Assembly: GCA_963662465.1 (NCBI GenBank)
Contig: OY759599.1
Location: 7,808,001-7,872,000 of the forward strand
Origin: Desulfatiglandales bacterium
GTDB taxonomy: Bacteria > Desulfobacterota > DSM-4660 > Desulfatiglandales > Desulfatiglandaceae
DNA length: 64,000 nt
Direction: 5' to 3'
The notes under the pieces are model-generated. The model saw nothing but the letters and a program-made list of their open reading frames with translations, was not told the origin of the DNA and did not search any database. Shown piece after piece: positions 1-8,503 of the stretch; position 1 is the first letter of the stretch, and each line of letters begins with the position of its first letter. Made by a program: the position numbers and the translations under genes.

Positions 1-1329
1 GGGGAAGTTACCCGCGTGGATTATGACCTCCCCCTGGACCCGGCCGATTACCTGACAGGCGAAACGGACACCTTCACCCACGATGCCGCAAGCCGGGTCA
101 ATACTACCGGCTACACTTATGACGCCAGGGGTCGGTTGATCGCATCCCCCCGCAACACCTTTTCCTGGGACGGTGCCACCCGGCTGACATCCACTTCTGA
201 TGCCACCCTCACCTACAACGGCCTGAACGACCTCCTGACCCGGGAAGCAAACGGCACCACGCTGCACGGCTATTACAACTACGCCCTGGGTCTGAAACCG
301 ATGGTGGCCGAGAAAAACGACGACACGACCGCATGGGTGCGGTTTTATGTCCTGACCCCGGGCGGCCGACTTCTTTATATGATCGATGCCGCCGACGGCA
401 ATAAGGTCTATTTTTACCATTTTGACAAAATGGGCAATACCCTGTTTTTGACCGATGCATCGGGAACCATCACCGACAAATACGCCTACAGCCCCTACGG
501 CAAACTCCTGGCCCATGAAGGAAGCAATGATCAGCCCTTTACCTTTGTGGGGGCCTGGCAGATACGGCAGGAGGGAAACGCCGGTCTCTATCAGATGCGG
601 GCAAGATATTATGATGCGGTCACGGCCCGGTTTATCTCCAGGGAGTCCCTGTGGCCCAGGGTTGGCAGGCCAATAGCATTGAATCCGTACCAATATGCGG
701 CCCTGAATCCCCTGAAGTATGCGGACAGAACAGGGAATGATTTCGGGGAACCGAACAACGATATCTTCGAATTTGGGGAAGGCGAAATCTGGGGAGAAAC
801 AGCAAACGGAGGTAACTTATTAGGGGCACCGGATAACGATCTCCATGAGTTTGCTGACCATGCCAATACTTGGAGAGATTTGGACGACGGAGGCAGCTTA
901 GGGGTACCGGATAACGATATGTGGGAATATGAAGAAAAGGAAGATAGTTGGGGGGAAGTGGCAAGCGGAGGCAGCTTAGAGGCACCGGATAACGATATGT
1001 GGGAATATGGCGAAGATGATAATACCTGGCAGAAGGTGCCGGGAGGCAGCCTGGGGGTACCGAAGAATGACCTGTGGATATATGGACAGGGTGGAACATC
1101 GTTTCAGAAAGTGGGCGGAGGTGGTTTAGAAGTACCAAAAAATGATTTGTGGGAATATGGCGAAGATGATAATACCTGGCAGAGGGTGCCCGCCCGCCAC
1201 CTGGGGAAACGCAAGGCGGCAAAGAAGCTAAGCAAAAAACTGCCCAAGAGCAACAGAATCGGTATCCATACCCGTTGGAAAGGTTCTGCCCACTCATTGA
1301 AATTGAAGCCACTGCGTTTACACCGCTAA
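1..1329 (+). CDS. RHS repeat-associated core protein, 5'-partial, with C-terminal Kelch-like repeats
   Basis: YD repeats (YTYDARGRL), RHS core (YMRARYYD..TARFIS, LNPYQYAALNPLKYADRTG); frame is open to the window edge. Confidence 0.85.
   Translation, partial: GEVTRVDYDLPLDPADYLTGETDTFTHDAASRVNTTGYTYDARGRLIASPRNTFSWDGATRLTSTSDATLTYNGLNDLLTREANGTTLHGYYNYALGLKPMVAEKNDDTTAWVRFYVLTPGGRLLYMIDAADGNKVYFYHFDKMGNTLFLTDASGTITDKYAYSPYGKLLAHEGSNDQPFTFVGAWQIRQEGNAGLYQMRARYYDAVTARFISRESLWPRVGRPIALNPYQYAALNPLKYADRTGNDFGEPNNDIFEFGEGEIWGETANGGNLLGAPDNDLHEFADHANTWRDLDDGGSLGVPDNDMWEYEEKEDSWGEVASGGSLEAPDNDMWEYGEDDNTWQKVPGGSLGVPKNDLWIYGQGGTSFQKVGGGGLEVPKNDLWEYGEDDNTWQRVPARHLGKRKAAKKLSKKLPKSNRIGIHTRWKGSAHSLKLKPLRLHR
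745..1195 (+). repeat. Six to seven in-frame ~72-75 bp tandem repeats encoding GGSLxxPxNDxWEYxxxxxTW
   Basis: Visible in protein and DNA (ccggataacgatatgtgggaatat and tgggaatatggcgaagatgataatacctggcaga recur). Confidence 0.9.
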
Positions 1330-1398
1330 AGCCCCTGGCGCCATGCGGTCCGCAAGTATGTAAAATGATAACATCACATGAAGGGGGGTAACACGATC

Positions 1399-2088
1399 AT
1401 GAAAACAATAATAACGGTAATGATTGCCTCGCTTTTAAGCCTTTTTATTTGGGCTTCCGCTTTTGCCGGAACCATTCAATACACCTACGACAACGCCGGC
1501 CGCTTGACCGGGGCCGACTACGGAAGCAGCAGAACCATTCAATATACCTACGACAACAACGGGAATCTCTTGACGCGAAACGTATCGGTCCCGGCGACCG
1601 AGTATACTATCACGGTGAGCGCGGACCCGGCGGCAGGCGGCACGGTGTCAGGCGGCGGAACGTACGACAAGGATGCTCAGGTGACGGTTATTGCCTCGGC
1701 GAAAGCCGGCTACAGTTTTTTGAAATGGACGGAAGCCGACACGGAAGTTTCCTCCGACAGCACGTATACATTTTCCGTCACAAGGGCGCGGACCCTCTCG
1801 GCGCAATTCAAAAATACCCTCTATGTGAGTTCCGGTAACTGCGGGGGGCTTAGCCCCTGTTATCACACCATCAATGATGCGATCAGCCAGGCACCGGACG
1901 ATGCCCTCATCAAAGTAGCCGCGGAAATCTTTTCGGGGGATGCGACGGTGGATGCCGGGAAAATTCTGACCATTATTTGGGGGTATAACTCGAATTTCAG
2001 CGCCATCACGGGCGCCACCCAGATTGAGGGTCGCTTCACCGCAAAAAACAAAACGATTATCCGTGGCGGCACGATTCGGGCAAAGTAG
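1399..2088 (+). CDS. Secreted protein: signal peptide, two YD repeats, InlB-B-like beta repeat domain
   Basis: RBS AAGGGGG before ATG 1399; hydrophobic leader ending AFA; YTYDNAGRLT/YTYDNNGNLL; GGTVSGGGTY..VTV.A...GYSF..W. Confidence 0.7.
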   Translation: MKTIITVMIASLLSLFIWASAFAGTIQYTYDNAGRLTGADYGSSRTIQYTYDNNGNLLTRNVSVPATEYTITVSADPAAGGTVSGGGTYDKDAQVTVIASAKAGYSFLKWTEADTEVSSDSTYTFSVTRARTLSAQFKNTLYVSSGNCGGLSPCYHTINDAISQAPDDALIKVAAEIFSGDATVDAGKILTIIWGYNSNFSAITGATQIEGRFTAKNKTIIRGGTIRAK

Positions 2089-2318
2089 GCTGTACGGTTA
2101 CAAGATTTGTTTTTGAGCGGATAGATACAATGTCCGTGGTAATCATGCCATTGCGCTTGGAATGAATTCCACGGTTGTGAGAACAATTAATTCGAGCGAA
2201 GTAGGGTTGGACCATTAGTTCCATGGCATGTCTTAAAAACACTGATGATAAAGAAAATCATAACAATATTTCAGTATATGGTAAATTACTTGCAAATGCA
2301 TTGTTACTGGAGCAGATC

Positions 2319-2792
2319 ATGAATCAAGAAATTTTAAAAAATATGGCCCATATGACGTATGGGATTTACATCCTGACCACGCGGTTTGAAAATGTCATGA
2401 ATGGCATGATCGCCTCCTGGGCGAGCCAGGTTTCCTACGACCCACCGCTGGTTATGGCGGCAATCCACCCCCACCGCTATTCTCACGAGTTGCTGGTGCA
2501 AAGCGGTCATTTTGCACTGCACATCCTTTCCAGGGAACAAAAAGACCTTTTGGCCCGTTTCAAAGGGCCGCTTGCCGGCCAAAAATTTGAATCCATTGCC
2601 TGGGAAGAAGGCATAACCGGATGTCCGATCCTGGGAGACTGCATTGGTTGCATGGAGTGCCGTATTATTCAGCGCCTGGCGCCGGGTAACCATACACTGT
2701 TCGTCGGAGAGGTGGTGAATGCTGTTTTCAACGGGGAGAAAACGCCGCTTTGCACTTTGGATTACGAAGGCTGTTATCTGGGTAAAGCTTAA
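2319..2792 (+). CDS. Flavin reductase family protein
   Basis: GMIASWASQVSYDPPLV, SGHFALHIL, GNHTLFVGEV motifs; GGAG RBS before ATG 2319. Confidence 0.9.
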   Translation: MNQEILKNMAHMTYGIYILTTRFENVMNGMIASWASQVSYDPPLVMAAIHPHRYSHELLVQSGHFALHILSREQKDLLARFKGPLAGQKFESIAWEEGITGCPILGDCIGCMECRIIQRLAPGNHTLFVGEVVNAVFNGEKTPLCTLDYEGCYLGKA

Positions 2793-2817
2793 AGCTTAAA
2801 ACGTAAAACGTAAAACC

Positions 2818-2846
2818 GTGCCTGAACGAGGTTTTCGTTCAGGCAC
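2818..2846. terminator. Hairpin between convergent genes, likely bidirectional terminator
   Basis: gtgcctgaacga-ggttt-tcgttcaggcac, 12-bp perfect stem. Confidence 0.7.
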
Positions 2847-2853
2847 TAATATT

Positions 2854-4452
2854 TTATATACTCTCAAAACAATGGGCAATATGCTCTTTTTCCAAGGGAC
2901 GGGAGAGCAGGCTCACGATGACGGTCACCACCAGGGATATGGGAAGGCCGATCAATATGGGATCCACCACGGGCCAGGGATCCGCGGAAATCAAAAAGGG
3001 TTTTCCGAACAGGGCTTTGCAGATTCCCAAAGGGGCCGCTTCCTTTGCATGGACGAAGAAAAGCCAGAACAGGGCGCTGAACGTGCCGACCACCATGCCG
3101 GCGGTGGCGCCGGCCCGGGTAATCCCTTTCCAATAGATGCCGAGCATAAACATGGGTAGAAATGCTGCGGCGGCAATGCCGAAAAACATGGCCGTGGCCC
3201 TGGCCACAATGCTGATGGGCAGTTGATATCCCAAAATGAGGCTCATGATGATCCCGATCACAATCCCGATTCGAACAAACAAAATCGTATGTTTTGATGT
3301 GGATGCCGTACTCTTTTTCTTGCTGATCTGCTCATAGATGTCTTTCCCCAAAGCCGTGCCCATGGAATGGAAAAGGTTGGAGAGTGTGGAGATCCCGGCG
3401 GCGAGAAGGGTCACCATAAATACATAGGCGAACCATTCGGGCATGGCGGATTTGATGTAAAGGGGAATGATTTTATCAAAGTTTCCGGCCACCGCCGCCA
3501 GGGCCGTTTTGCCTTCCGTATTCATAAAATGGACATTGGAAAGCGCCCCCACAATAAAGGCGACCCCCGTCATGGCAAAAATGAAAACCCCGCCCACCAG
3601 ACAGGCCCGGTTGAGGGATTTTCCGCTTTTAACCGTCATGAATTTAACCGCCAGTTGCGGTTGGGCCAATGTGCCGATACCCACGCCCATGATCAGGGTG
3701 GAAACCAGCACCCACCACAGGTTGGAACCGAACACGGGCATTTGGGTCCACCCCTGATGTCCCATGGCCTTGAGTTTTTCGGGAACCATGGCGGCCATAT
3801 CGGAAAGGGCGCTGTGCGCCTCGGTCACCCCGCCTAACTTCATGTAGGTAAAAATAAGGAGAAAAACCATGCCGAAAAACATGATGCTTCCTTGAAGGGC
3901 GTCTGAATACATGACCCCTTTAATGCCTCCCGTCGTCACATAGACGGCGATCAGGGCGGTAAAGATAATCAGAGATGTGGTGTAGTTGAGGTTGAGAGCG
4001 GTTTCCAGAAAACGCGCGGCCCCGATGAGGACTGCGCCGGCATACAGGGGCATGAAAATAAAAATGATCATGGCGCTGAACATGTGGATGAAAGAGGAAT
4101 TATACCGTTTTCCCATCAGTTCAGGCAATGTCATGGCGTTCAGGTTGTTGCCCATGGTGCGGGTCCGTTTTCCAAAAAACACAAAGGCGATGAAAACCCC
4201 CACAAAGATGGTAAAAAACGTTAGCCAGAGAAGTCCCATTCCAAAAACGCCCGCGGCGCCCCCGAATCCGATAATGGCGGAAGTGCTGATAAAGGCGGCG
4301 CCGTAGGACATGGCCATCACAAAGGGGTTCACATTCCCGCCGGCTAAAATATAATCCCCGGCGGATTGGGTACTCCGGTATCCCAGATACCCCATCAGGG
4401 CGATCATGGCTACATATACAAAAATAATGCTGTTTAATAATGTATAATTCAT
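2854..4452 (-). CDS. Sodium:solute symporter (SSS) family protein
   Basis: About 13 hydrophobic segments; AMSYGAAFISTSAIIGFGG, GGIKGVMYSDALQG, LLAAGISTL. Confidence 0.92.
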   Translation of the reverse strand: MNYTLLNSIIFVYVAMIALMGYLGYRSTQSAGDYILAGGNVNPFVMAMSYGAAFISTSAIIGFGGAAGVFGMGLLWLTFFTIFVGVFIAFVFFGKRTRTMGNNLNAMTLPELMGKRYNSSFIHMFSAMIIFIFMPLYAGAVLIGAARFLETALNLNYTTSLIIFTALIAVYVTTGGIKGVMYSDALQGSIMFFGMVFLLIFTYMKLGGVTEAHSALSDMAAMVPEKLKAMGHQGWTQMPVFGSNLWWVLVSTLIMGVGIGTLAQPQLAVKFMTVKSGKSLNRACLVGGVFIFAMTGVAFIVGALSNVHFMNTEGKTALAAVAGNFDKIIPLYIKSAMPEWFAYVFMVTLLAAGISTLSNLFHSMGTALGKDIYEQISKKKSTASTSKHTILFVRIGIVIGIIMSLILGYQLPISIVARATAMFFGIAAAAFLPMFMLGIYWKGITRAGATAGMVVGTFSALFWLFFVHAKEAAPLGICKALFGKPFLISADPWPVVDPILIGLPISLVVTVIVSLLSRPLEKEHIAHCFESI

Positions 4453-4530
4453 TTAATATTTGTCTCCTTGGATCATTATGGGAAATGTCAGCCTCAAAAG
4501 GGGCACAGGTTTCCACCGGGTGATTGAAAA

Positions 4531-4635
4531 TCAGTCTTTATTCCATTTAATGATGCCGTAAATCACACAAAGCAAAACACTGAGTGTTGTTAAAACATAA
4601 GCCGATAAAATCCATGGATCCGTCAGTCCGAACAT
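4531..4635 (-). CDS. 34-aa symporter small accessory membrane protein (MFGLTDPWILSAYVLTTLSVLLCVIYGIIKWNKD)
   Basis: Read directly from the reverse strand (below ORF-track cutoff); AGGAGG RBS; one TM helix; directly upstream of the SSS gene. Confidence 0.85.
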   Translation of the reverse strand: MFGLTDPWILSAYVLTTLSVLLCVIYGIIKWNKD

Positions 4636-4694
4636 AAAAATATCCCTCCTTTTTTGGAATTGACCCTCTAAATAGCGGATTGAACCCTGATAAG

Positions 4695-4710
4695 AGCAAA
4701 GAGCGCGCCA
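4695..4710 (-). promoter_or_regulatory. sigma54 -24/-12 promoter of the symporter operon
   Basis: TGGCGCG-CTCT-TTGCT against consensus TGGCACG-N4-TTGCW; sigma54 activator gene is adjacent. Confidence 0.85.
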
Positions 4711-4740
4711 AAACGGTATGCTTGACGCTTTAACGATTCA

Positions 4741-4753
4741 TATCAATTGATTA
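4741..4753 (+). promoter_or_regulatory. Putative IHF site
   Basis: TATCAATTGATTA fits WATCAANNNNTTR and lies between the sigma54 promoter and the UAS. Confidence 0.55.
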
Positions 4754-4795
4754 TCTCAGGTGATGTTAAAAACGACGGGCTTTTGGGATAAAACC

Positions 4796-4833
4796 TGTTT
4801 CAGTATGAAAAGGGGAACGTTCCAAAATGAAAA
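4796..4833. promoter_or_regulatory. Two putative upstream activator sites
   Basis: gtttcagtatgaaaagg and gttccaaaatgaaaagg, 22 bp apart, about 90-120 bp upstream of the sigma54 site. Confidence 0.55.
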
Positions 4834-4839
4834 GGTCGA

Positions 4840-6180
4840 TCAGTTGATGGCGATGCCGTGGGATTTAATTTTTCTCCAAAGGGTGGTTCGCCCGATGCCC
4901 AGGTATCTGGCCACCCGACTCTGATTGCCGTCAAACTTTTGAAGGGCCGTGATGATGTGTTCCCGTTCCTGGTCGGCAAGACTGGAACAGTCCTTCGTGT
5001 CTTGGGACTTGCCAACCGGCAGAAGGCCGTGGATATCCTCCCCATTGACCCGATCTTTCTCGACGAGCAGGGTAAGCCTCTCCGCAAAATTTTCCAGTTC
5101 CCGGATGTTCCCCTTCCACTGCCGGGACGTTATGAGATCCAGGGCCCGTGAACTTAATGTCAAAGGGGGCTTGTGAAATTTTTCAGCAAACCGATGGAGG
5201 AAGGTCGTCATCAAAAGGGGAATATCTTCTTTTCGGCTCCGCAAGGGAGGAATATTGATTGGGACCACGCAAAGGCGAAAATAGAGATCTTCCCTGAAGT
5301 TGCCCCTGCTGATTTGGGAAATCAGATCGCGGTTTGTTGCCGCAATGATGCGAACGTCCACCGGTCGGGAAACAGTACTCCCCACGGGCATTACGACCCG
5401 TTCCTGGAGAACGCGCAGCAGCTTGATCTGCATGGCCTGGGGCATTTCGCCCACTTCATCCAGGAACAGGGTTCCCCGGTCGGCCGCAACAAAAAGCCCC
5501 TCCTTGTCCCGGGACGCCCCCGTGAAGCTTCCCTTCATGTACCCGAAGAGTTCGCTTTCAAGGAGGGTATCCGGAAAAGCCCCGCAGTTAACGGCCAAAA
5601 ATGGATGATGTTTTCGATGGCTTTTTTGGTGAACCGCTTTGGCAATGAGTTCTTTTCCCGTTCCCGATTCTCCCTGGATGAGGAGGGTGCTGTCCGTGGG
5701 CGCTACCTTGTCCACGAGGCGCAAAACCGCCATTATGGCTTTACCGCGGCCGATGATTTGTTCACGAGCGTCAGGATATTCAGTGTTTCGTGGGTCGTGT
5801 TCATGGTTTGTCGGGTTGTTCCGCCGCAGGGCGCGATCCACCTTTTGAAGAAACTCCTGGTTGGTGAAACCCTTTGTGATGTAATCAAAAGCCCCCGCCT
5901 TGATGGCGTCCACCGCATTCTCGATGGTGGCGTAGCCGGTCATAATGATCACCGGCGTCGAAGGTCGGCGTGCCTGGGTTGCCCGGAGGACCTCCATTCC
6001 CGCCAATGGGTTGCGCATTCGCAGATCGGTAATGACCAGATCAAAGGGCTCTCTACCCAGATGCTTCGCTGCTTCCGCCCCGTTTTGATCACAGGTTACC
6101 ACGTGCCCATGTCTTTTGAGCAAAATTGAAAGACTGGTTAAAATGGAAGGCTGATCGTCAATCAGCAGAATTCGGGCCAT
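4840..6180 (-). CDS. sigma54-dependent NtrC-family response regulator
   Basis: REC (DLVITDLRM), AAA+ (GESGTGKE, GSFTGA variant of GAFTGA, FLDEVGEM), Fis HTH. Confidence 0.95.
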   Translation of the reverse strand: MARILLIDDQPSILTSLSILLKRHGHVVTCDQNGAEAAKHLGREPFDLVITDLRMRNPLAGMEVLRATQARRPSTPVIIMTGYATIENAVDAIKAGAFDYITKGFTNQEFLQKVDRALRRNNPTNHEHDPRNTEYPDAREQIIGRGKAIMAVLRLVDKVAPTDSTLLIQGESGTGKELIAKAVHQKSHRKHHPFLAVNCGAFPDTLLESELFGYMKGSFTGASRDKEGLFVAADRGTLFLDEVGEMPQAMQIKLLRVLQERVVMPVGSTVSRPVDVRIIAATNRDLISQISRGNFREDLYFRLCVVPINIPPLRSRKEDIPLLMTTFLHRFAEKFHKPPLTLSSRALDLITSRQWKGNIRELENFAERLTLLVEKDRVNGEDIHGLLPVGKSQDTKDCSSLADQEREHIITALQKFDGNQSRVARYLGIGRTTLWRKIKSHGIAIN

Positions 6181-6191
6181 TTTTTGGAACC

Positions 6192-8273
6192 TCAGGAAAC
6201 AATGGGCAATCGAACGGTGAATTGCGATCCTTTTCCCAGGACGCTCTCAACCTGAATAACGCCTTCGTGGGACAAAACAATCTGTTGAACCAGGGCCAGC
6301 CCCATTCCGACGCCGTCGGATTTGGTTGAAAAAAACGGTTTGAAGATCTCTTCCGACAAGGTTTCATCAAACCCCTGTCCCGTATCTTCAACCGTCATAT
6401 AAAGGCTCTTGCGGCGATGGGGGCCTCCAGCGGCCTCCCATCGGGTGGAGATTTTTATAAGGCCTCGCAGAGGGATGGCGTCTCGCGCATTTTGAAGCAG
6501 GTTCCAAAGGATTTGACCCATCTGCCGTCTGTCCAGATACGCCTCCGGCAAATCCGCCGCCAGTGCCTTCTCGATTTGAAGACGCGGCACAAAATCCTCC
6601 CGCTTCATCACAATCCGCAATATTTCTTCTATCAGATCATTTAATTGAAAAAGCGCCGGTTCCGGTCGCGGCGGCTGGGCGTAAACCAGAAATTCTTGAA
6701 TCACTTTCTCCAGTTGGCTGGCTTCCTTGAAAATAATATCGGCCAGGGTTTTTTCTTCCTCATTGTGATGGGGGCTTTCCCGCAGCATCTCAATGGCGGA
6801 ACGGATGGAAATGAGGGGGTTTCGCATCTCATGGGCAATGCCGGCCGCCATTTCTCCCACAGTGGCCAGTTTTTTCGATTGGGTGAGCTTGCGCCTCAAA
6901 CGGGTTTCGGATGTCAAGTCTTTCAGGTAACAGAAGATGTATGGCCTCTCTTCTTTGGACCGGGTTAAAGGAATGGTCAGAACCCCGGCGGAAAAGGCCT
7001 TTCCGGAAGGGGGCGTCAGGTGTTTTTGCGCATTGGCCGGTCTTCCCCGGTTCCAGGTTTCATCCAGCGGACAATCGTCGCACCGACTCTCCCGGCCCAT
7101 GAAAACACGATAACACTCGTGCCCCACAACCTCTTTTTCATTCATTCCGATGCGTTTTGCCACCATGCGGTTGGCGGTTTCAATTCGAAAATCAGGTCTT
7201 AAAATACAGAACCCATCCTCCATGGAATGAAAAATCTCCATCAGGCGGCCCCGGGATCGCTCCTCCATGCGCATGGTATAAATGCGGCGCACCAGAAGCA
7301 TGACCGTGACGCCTGAGCCCAGGATAACGAAGATGACGAATGCCAGGAGAATGCGTTCTTTTCCAAAGGTATTTTGCATGTATTGCTTCACTTCATTCAC
7401 GGGTGCGCAGACCGCCACGGAACATAACTGATCCCCGAGACGAAAGGGGCTGAAGGCCGCATATTTGGTTATATCATGGTAGGTATACCGGCTGATGTTG
7501 GTTTCCCCCTTCTCCATGCGGATAAAGAGGTCCTTCATTTTGTTCTCGCCCGCTTCGCCCAAAAGGATTTGAACATTGCGCCCCTCCATTTCCGGATGGG
7601 TGGGATGAATGATCACCGTTCCCGCCGAGTCCATAAGCCATCCATACCCGGTTTGGGCTACGGTGATGGGCTTGATAAAGCGGTTGCGGATTTGTTCCAC
7701 GCTGACGGTGGCCGCGATCAGTCCGTCAAATTGAGGTGTTTTAGATGGCCCTCGATCGATCAAAATGGGACAGGTCAGCACAAGGGTCCAGTAATGTTCC
7801 CGGACTTGAAGAAATCGGCTGATATGGGGTTTGAGGGACTTTCTGGTTTGCTGGAAGTAGTTGCGATGCGCGAAATTCTCCCCTTTGGCGGAACTGGGCG
7901 GGTATATGTCGATCATTACCCCTTCCCTGTCGAGACGGTAAAAATGGACCACATCCTGATCGTCTTTTTCATAAAACTGTTTCAGCATCCGATCGGTTTC
8001 AGGATTTTCCCCTGTTTTCATTTGAGGATATTGCGCCAGGAGCTTCAAATCTCGGAGGATGTCCACCAGGAATTTTTCAATGCCCGCTGCCGTCTGGCGC
8101 GCCACATTGATCTGCTGGGTATAAAATTGGTCCAGAACATCCTTTACCATGCTGTTTCGATACTCACTTGCCAGGATCAGGGTTTCGACCGCCAGAAAGA
8201 GGGTCACAAGCCCCAAAAGACAGATAATCAGGCTCAGTTTTCGAATATCCCTATGGAAAATCGTGTATCGCAT
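6192..8273 (-). CDS. Sensor histidine kinase (TM-Cache-TM, PAS, HisKA, HATPase)
   Basis: AHEMRNPL H-box, NLLQNARDA, DTGQG, GVGMGLA; start placed at MRYTIF. Confidence 0.92.
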   Translation of the reverse strand: MRYTIFHRDIRKLSLIICLLGLVTLFLAVETLILASEYRNSMVKDVLDQFYTQQINVARQTAAGIEKFLVDILRDLKLLAQYPQMKTGENPETDRMLKQFYEKDDQDVVHFYRLDREGVMIDIYPPSSAKGENFAHRNYFQQTRKSLKPHISRFLQVREHYWTLVLTCPILIDRGPSKTPQFDGLIAATVSVEQIRNRFIKPITVAQTGYGWLMDSAGTVIIHPTHPEMEGRNVQILLGEAGENKMKDLFIRMEKGETNISRYTYHDITKYAAFSPFRLGDQLCSVAVCAPVNEVKQYMQNTFGKERILLAFVIFVILGSGVTVMLLVRRIYTMRMEERSRGRLMEIFHSMEDGFCILRPDFRIETANRMVAKRIGMNEKEVVGHECYRVFMGRESRCDDCPLDETWNRGRPANAQKHLTPPSGKAFSAGVLTIPLTRSKEERPYIFCYLKDLTSETRLRRKLTQSKKLATVGEMAAGIAHEMRNPLISIRSAIEMLRESPHHNEEEKTLADIIFKEASQLEKVIQEFLVYAQPPRPEPALFQLNDLIEEILRIVMKREDFVPRLQIEKALAADLPEAYLDRRQMGQILWNLLQNARDAIPLRGLIKISTRWEAAGGPHRRKSLYMTVEDTGQGFDETLSEEIFKPFFSTKSDGVGMGLALVQQIVLSHEGVIQVESVLGKGSQFTVRLPIVS

Positions 8274-8503
8274 GGGTTGACCTTTTCTATTTATGAATGG
8301 GGAACGCTTGAAATAACCGTATTGAAATCGCAAAGATCTCGCGGCACAATAGGGATGAAAACAATCCCATGTCAAGGAAAAATGAGTAATTTTTCAGACC
8401 GCGCTATTGACTAATGAAAAAGAACGGCTTATGGTGCCGTCCCATAAAGCTTCGGTAAAAAATCACTTTCACATATGGTTTATCTTCCACTGGAACAGAG
8501 CAT

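Noticed and set aside
745..1195. Periodic repeats as a CRISPR array
   Set aside because: In-frame coding repeats without unique spacers; no cas genes
5173..8414. Long forward-strand ORFs (318 aa, 312 aa) over the two-component genes
   Set aside because: Antisense to well-supported genes, with no motifs
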